From NCBI GenBank assembly GCA_000965745.1, contig CP009479.1, positions 64,001 through 128,000 of the forward strand: a stretch of 64,000 bases of DNA, written 5' to 3'. Made by a program: the position numbers and the translations under genes. Under the pieces are notes generated by a model. It was given only the letters and a program-made list of their open reading frames with translations. It was not told the DNA's origin and ran no database searches. This document shows, one piece after another, positions 61,299 to 64,000 of the stretch. The stretch comes from an uncultured archaeon. Its GTDB lineage: Archaea; Thermoplasmatota; Thermoplasmata; Thermoplasmatales; Thermoplasmataceae. The first letter of the stretch is position 1, and every line of letters begins with the position of its first letter.

Positions 61299-63320
61299 AT
61301 GCCAGAGACCCTTTCTAAAGCATATATAGAAGTAGAGAAGGGGGAATCCTACGCGGATGCCCTCAAGAGAAACAGGATACGCGATGCCATAGCGGTAGAA
61401 GTAGACGGCAAGCTGACAGACCTGTCCGATGTGGCAGAAACGAAAGTCGGTGCAAAGCCGGTTACCGTTGACACAAGAGAGGGTCTCACAATTCTAAGGC
61501 ACTCAGCAGCACACCTTCTGGCTAATGCCATAATGGACATTTACAAGGGGGCACTGCCAAATGCAGGCCCTCCGACTGAGGATGGCTTCTATTACGATTT
61601 CGACATGGAGCCTGTCTCCACCGATGACTTCGGAAAGATAGAGGAAAGGATGAGGGAGATAGTCAGGGAAAACAGGCCCATTGAAAAGTTGAGGCTATCG
61701 AAGGATGAACTGAAGGAACTCTTCTCAAACAATGTCTACAAGCTTGACAAGATAGACGAGAACCTCAAGGAAGGAGGGTCCTCCACGGCGTACAGGCAGG
61801 GGGACTACGTGGACTTTTGCACCGGGCCACATGTCCCGTCCACAGGCTACATAAAGAGTTACAAGCTGCTCTCACTTTCAAGCGCACATTACAAGGCTGA
61901 CGAGTCCAGGCAGAAGATGGTAAGGATATACGGAACCGCTTTTCCCAGCGAGAAACAGTTGAATCAATATCTCAGGAACAGGGAGGAGGCTGCCAGGAGG
62001 GATCACCGGAGGCTCGCCCAGGAGATGGACCTTCTTGTTCTCGATCCTGAAAGGGCTCCAGGTTTCCCGCTATACACGCCGAACGGGACCGTTATACGAA
62101 ACGAACTCATAGGCTTCATGAGGGAAATGAACACCAGGAGAGGCTGGTCTGAAGTTTCAACACCCCATGCCTACAAGACCAGCATGTGGAAGCAGTCCGG
62201 ACATTACGCAAAGTACAAGGACGACATGTACCTGTTCACCCTGGAGGACGGTGAAAGCTATGGGCTTAAGCCCATGAACTGCCCCGGCCACGTCACCATA
62301 TTCGAGAGAATGCCCCATTCCTACAGGGAGATGCCAGTTAAGTATTCAGAGGCGGGAACTGTTTACAGGTATGAAAAGTGGGGAGAGGTTTCAGGCCTTA
62401 CCAGGCCGAGGTCTTTCACCATAGATGATGGACATGCCTTCCTCAGGATTGACCAGATACTCGAGGAGATGCAGTCCATTCTGGGAATGGTGAAGGAGAC
62501 CTTCGACACCATTCTGGGTGAGTCGGAGATACTGTACGACCTTAGCCTTATTGACAGGGAGCACCCTGAGAATTACCTGCTCACCTACGTCTGCTCAAAA
62601 TGCGGCTCTACAATTGAGGCCAGGAAGGCTGCATCCAGTGGTGAGCTCAAATGCAGCAGCTGCGGCTCAAGTTCCCTGAATCCTGACTTCACCCCATGGG
62701 ACCAGGCCTCCGGCCAGCTCAAGGAAGCCCTTGACAAATCAGGGATTCAATACAGGGAGTTTCCCGGTGAGGCTGCGTTCTACGGCCCAAAGATCGACAT
62801 TCATGTGAAAGATGCCCTTGGGAGAAGCTGGCAGCTGTCAACAATCCAGCTCGACTTTTTCCTCCCCATTAACTTCAACCTCAACTACATAAACAGCGAG
62901 AGCAAGCCCGAGAGGCTGGTGATGATCCACAGGGCAATCTTCGGCAGTTATGAGAGGTTCATGGCGATACTGCTTGAACATTACGCGGGGAAGCTACCAA
63001 CCTGGATCGCACCCATGCAGGTTTATGTCATCCCGGTCAGTGAAGGGTTCAACGGGTACGCGACAAAGGTCCATGAGAGGCTCAGGGAAATGGGTATCAG
63101 GTCAGAACTGGACCTCTCGCCGGACACCATAAGCAAGAAGATCAAGCTGATCAGGAGCAAGAGGCCGGCATATATCGCGGTCCTTGGTGAGAGAGAGCAG
63201 GAAAAGGGCACAGTGACCATCAGGAACAGGAGCAACAGGCAGAACCAGTACTCGCTGGATGATCTTGTTTCAAAACTGGGAGAAGAAGTCAGGGGAAGGT
63301 CTATAGGCCAGACTCTCTGA
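61299..63320 (+). CDS. thrS: Threonine--tRNA ligase
   Basis: RHSAAHLLA, DFCTGPH, RDHR, KPMNCPGH, AFYGPKID, HRAIFGSYER. Confidence 0.98.
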   Translation: MPETLSKAYIEVEKGESYADALKRNRIRDAIAVEVDGKLTDLSDVAETKVGAKPVTVDTREGLTILRHSAAHLLANAIMDIYKGALPNAGPPTEDGFYYDFDMEPVSTDDFGKIEERMREIVRENRPIEKLRLSKDELKELFSNNVYKLDKIDENLKEGGSSTAYRQGDYVDFCTGPHVPSTGYIKSYKLLSLSSAHYKADESRQKMVRIYGTAFPSEKQLNQYLRNREEAARRDHRRLAQEMDLLVLDPERAPGFPLYTPNGTVIRNELIGFMREMNTRRGWSEVSTPHAYKTSMWKQSGHYAKYKDDMYLFTLEDGESYGLKPMNCPGHVTIFERMPHSYREMPVKYSEAGTVYRYEKWGEVSGLTRPRSFTIDDGHAFLRIDQILEEMQSILGMVKETFDTILGESEILYDLSLIDREHPENYLLTYVCSKCGSTIEARKAASSGELKCSSCGSSSLNPDFTPWDQASGQLKEALDKSGIQYREFPGEAAFYGPKIDIHVKDALGRSWQLSTIQLDFFLPINFNLNYINSESKPERLVMIHRAIFGSYERFMAILLEHYAGKLPTWIAPMQVYVIPVSEGFNGYATKVHERLREMGIRSELDLSPDTISKKIKLIRSKRPAYIAVLGEREQEKGTVTIRNRSNRQNQYSLDDLVSKLGEEVRGRSIGQTL

Positions 63321-63516
63321 TTCCTCTATTTCTTTATGTAACAGATTGCGAATTCATCGCCGTCAAAGAAAACTTCCCTGTTCGGGTGCTTCGATCTGTA
63401 CTTGTCCATTCGGACCATGACCTGCCTTATGGTCATGTCTGAATTTTTCTTTGGTTTGTAGACTATTACGGATTTAGGCAACGGGTAAATTATAAAAAGA
63501 GTGTATTTAACTCTTT

Positions 63517-64000
63517 TCAGGCAGCTTTTTCTGGAGATTCTCCCACAACTGCCTTCCCGTTTTTGTATTTCTGCACTTCCTCTATGATCTTCGGGATGGC
63601 ATCGTACAGGTCTGCTTTGATGAAATAGTCCGAAACCTTGGCGATCTCAGCCTCGGGGTCATTGTTGATTGAAACAATGTTCTCGCTGTTTATCATTCCC
63701 ACCGTGTGCTGTATCTTTCCTGATATTCCGGCCGCGATGTAGAGCTTTGCCCTGACAGTCTGGCCCGTCTGCCCGACCTGGTGCTCATAGGGTATCCATC
63801 CGAGGTCCACCACCGGCCTTGAAGCTCCAACCTCAGCATTGAGCTCGTCCGCGAGGTTTCTGATTAGCTCAAAGCCTTCCGGCTTTCCGAGCCCCAGCCC
63901 GCCAGAAACAATCTTCTTGGCTGATGTGAGGTCAAGCCTGTCCTTGGGCCTGAAGCTCAGGATTTTCCTTTTCTTCATGGCTTCGGGCACAGTGACTTTC
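63517..64000 (-). CDS. etfA: Electron transfer flavoprotein alpha subunit (C-terminal part; runs off the window end)
   Basis: VSGG.G...GASRPVVD.GW...QVGQTG..V...LYIA.GISG.IQH..G. Confidence 0.95.
   Translation of the reverse strand, partial: KVTVPEAMKKRKILSFRPKDRLDLTSAKKIVSGGLGLGKPEGFELIRNLADELNAEVGASRPVVDLGWIPYEHQVGQTGQTVRAKLYIAAGISGKIQHTVGMINSENIVSINNDPEAEIAKVSDYFIKADLYDAIPKIIEEVQKYKNGKAVVGESPEKAA

Noticed and set aside
1-64000. CRISPR array
   Set aside because: No regularly spaced 25-40 bp repeats seen; the only repeats are coding (rps3 tail, surface-protein modules) or the 29.95/40.1 kb pair

Overview
Archaeal chromosomal window, most likely from a Thermoplasmatales-type organism (archaeal r-protein set, PTO1314-type radical SAM, thermopsin-like repeat surface proteins, bacterial-type ThrRS with a Cys-rich insert). 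Bases 1-13.1 kb hold the conserved S10/spc-like ribosomal superoperon on the minus strand (rpl3 to secY), preceded by a ~100-nt strongly structured 5' leader. An MFS gene and tRNA-Lys(CTT) follow. From ~14.7 to 57 kb is a long accessory region: (i) HTH/membrane regulators; (ii) a defence-like cluster (HNH plus membrane protein, SauUSI-like PLD-helicase-DUF3427, second HNH, frameshifted DUF2075 nuclease-helicase); (iii) paralogous hypothetical proteins and a LigD phosphoesterase pseudogene; (iv) an aromatic/amino-acid catabolic cluster (iorAB, aminotransferase, UbiD, MFS, FAD oxidase, LLM oxidoreductase, PLP aldolase-like); (v) large surface proteins, including an S53 protease interrupted by one in-frame TAG; (vi) an AbrB-type gene flanked by two members of a protein family I do not recognise, with a third copy beside the defence cluster. 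Core genes resume with tpiA, tRNA-Gly(TCC), hutH, thrS and etfA. The best candidates for novelty are the three-copy family with its AbrB module, the rpl3 leader RNA and the archaeal defence cluster. All calls were made by eye; no database search was run.
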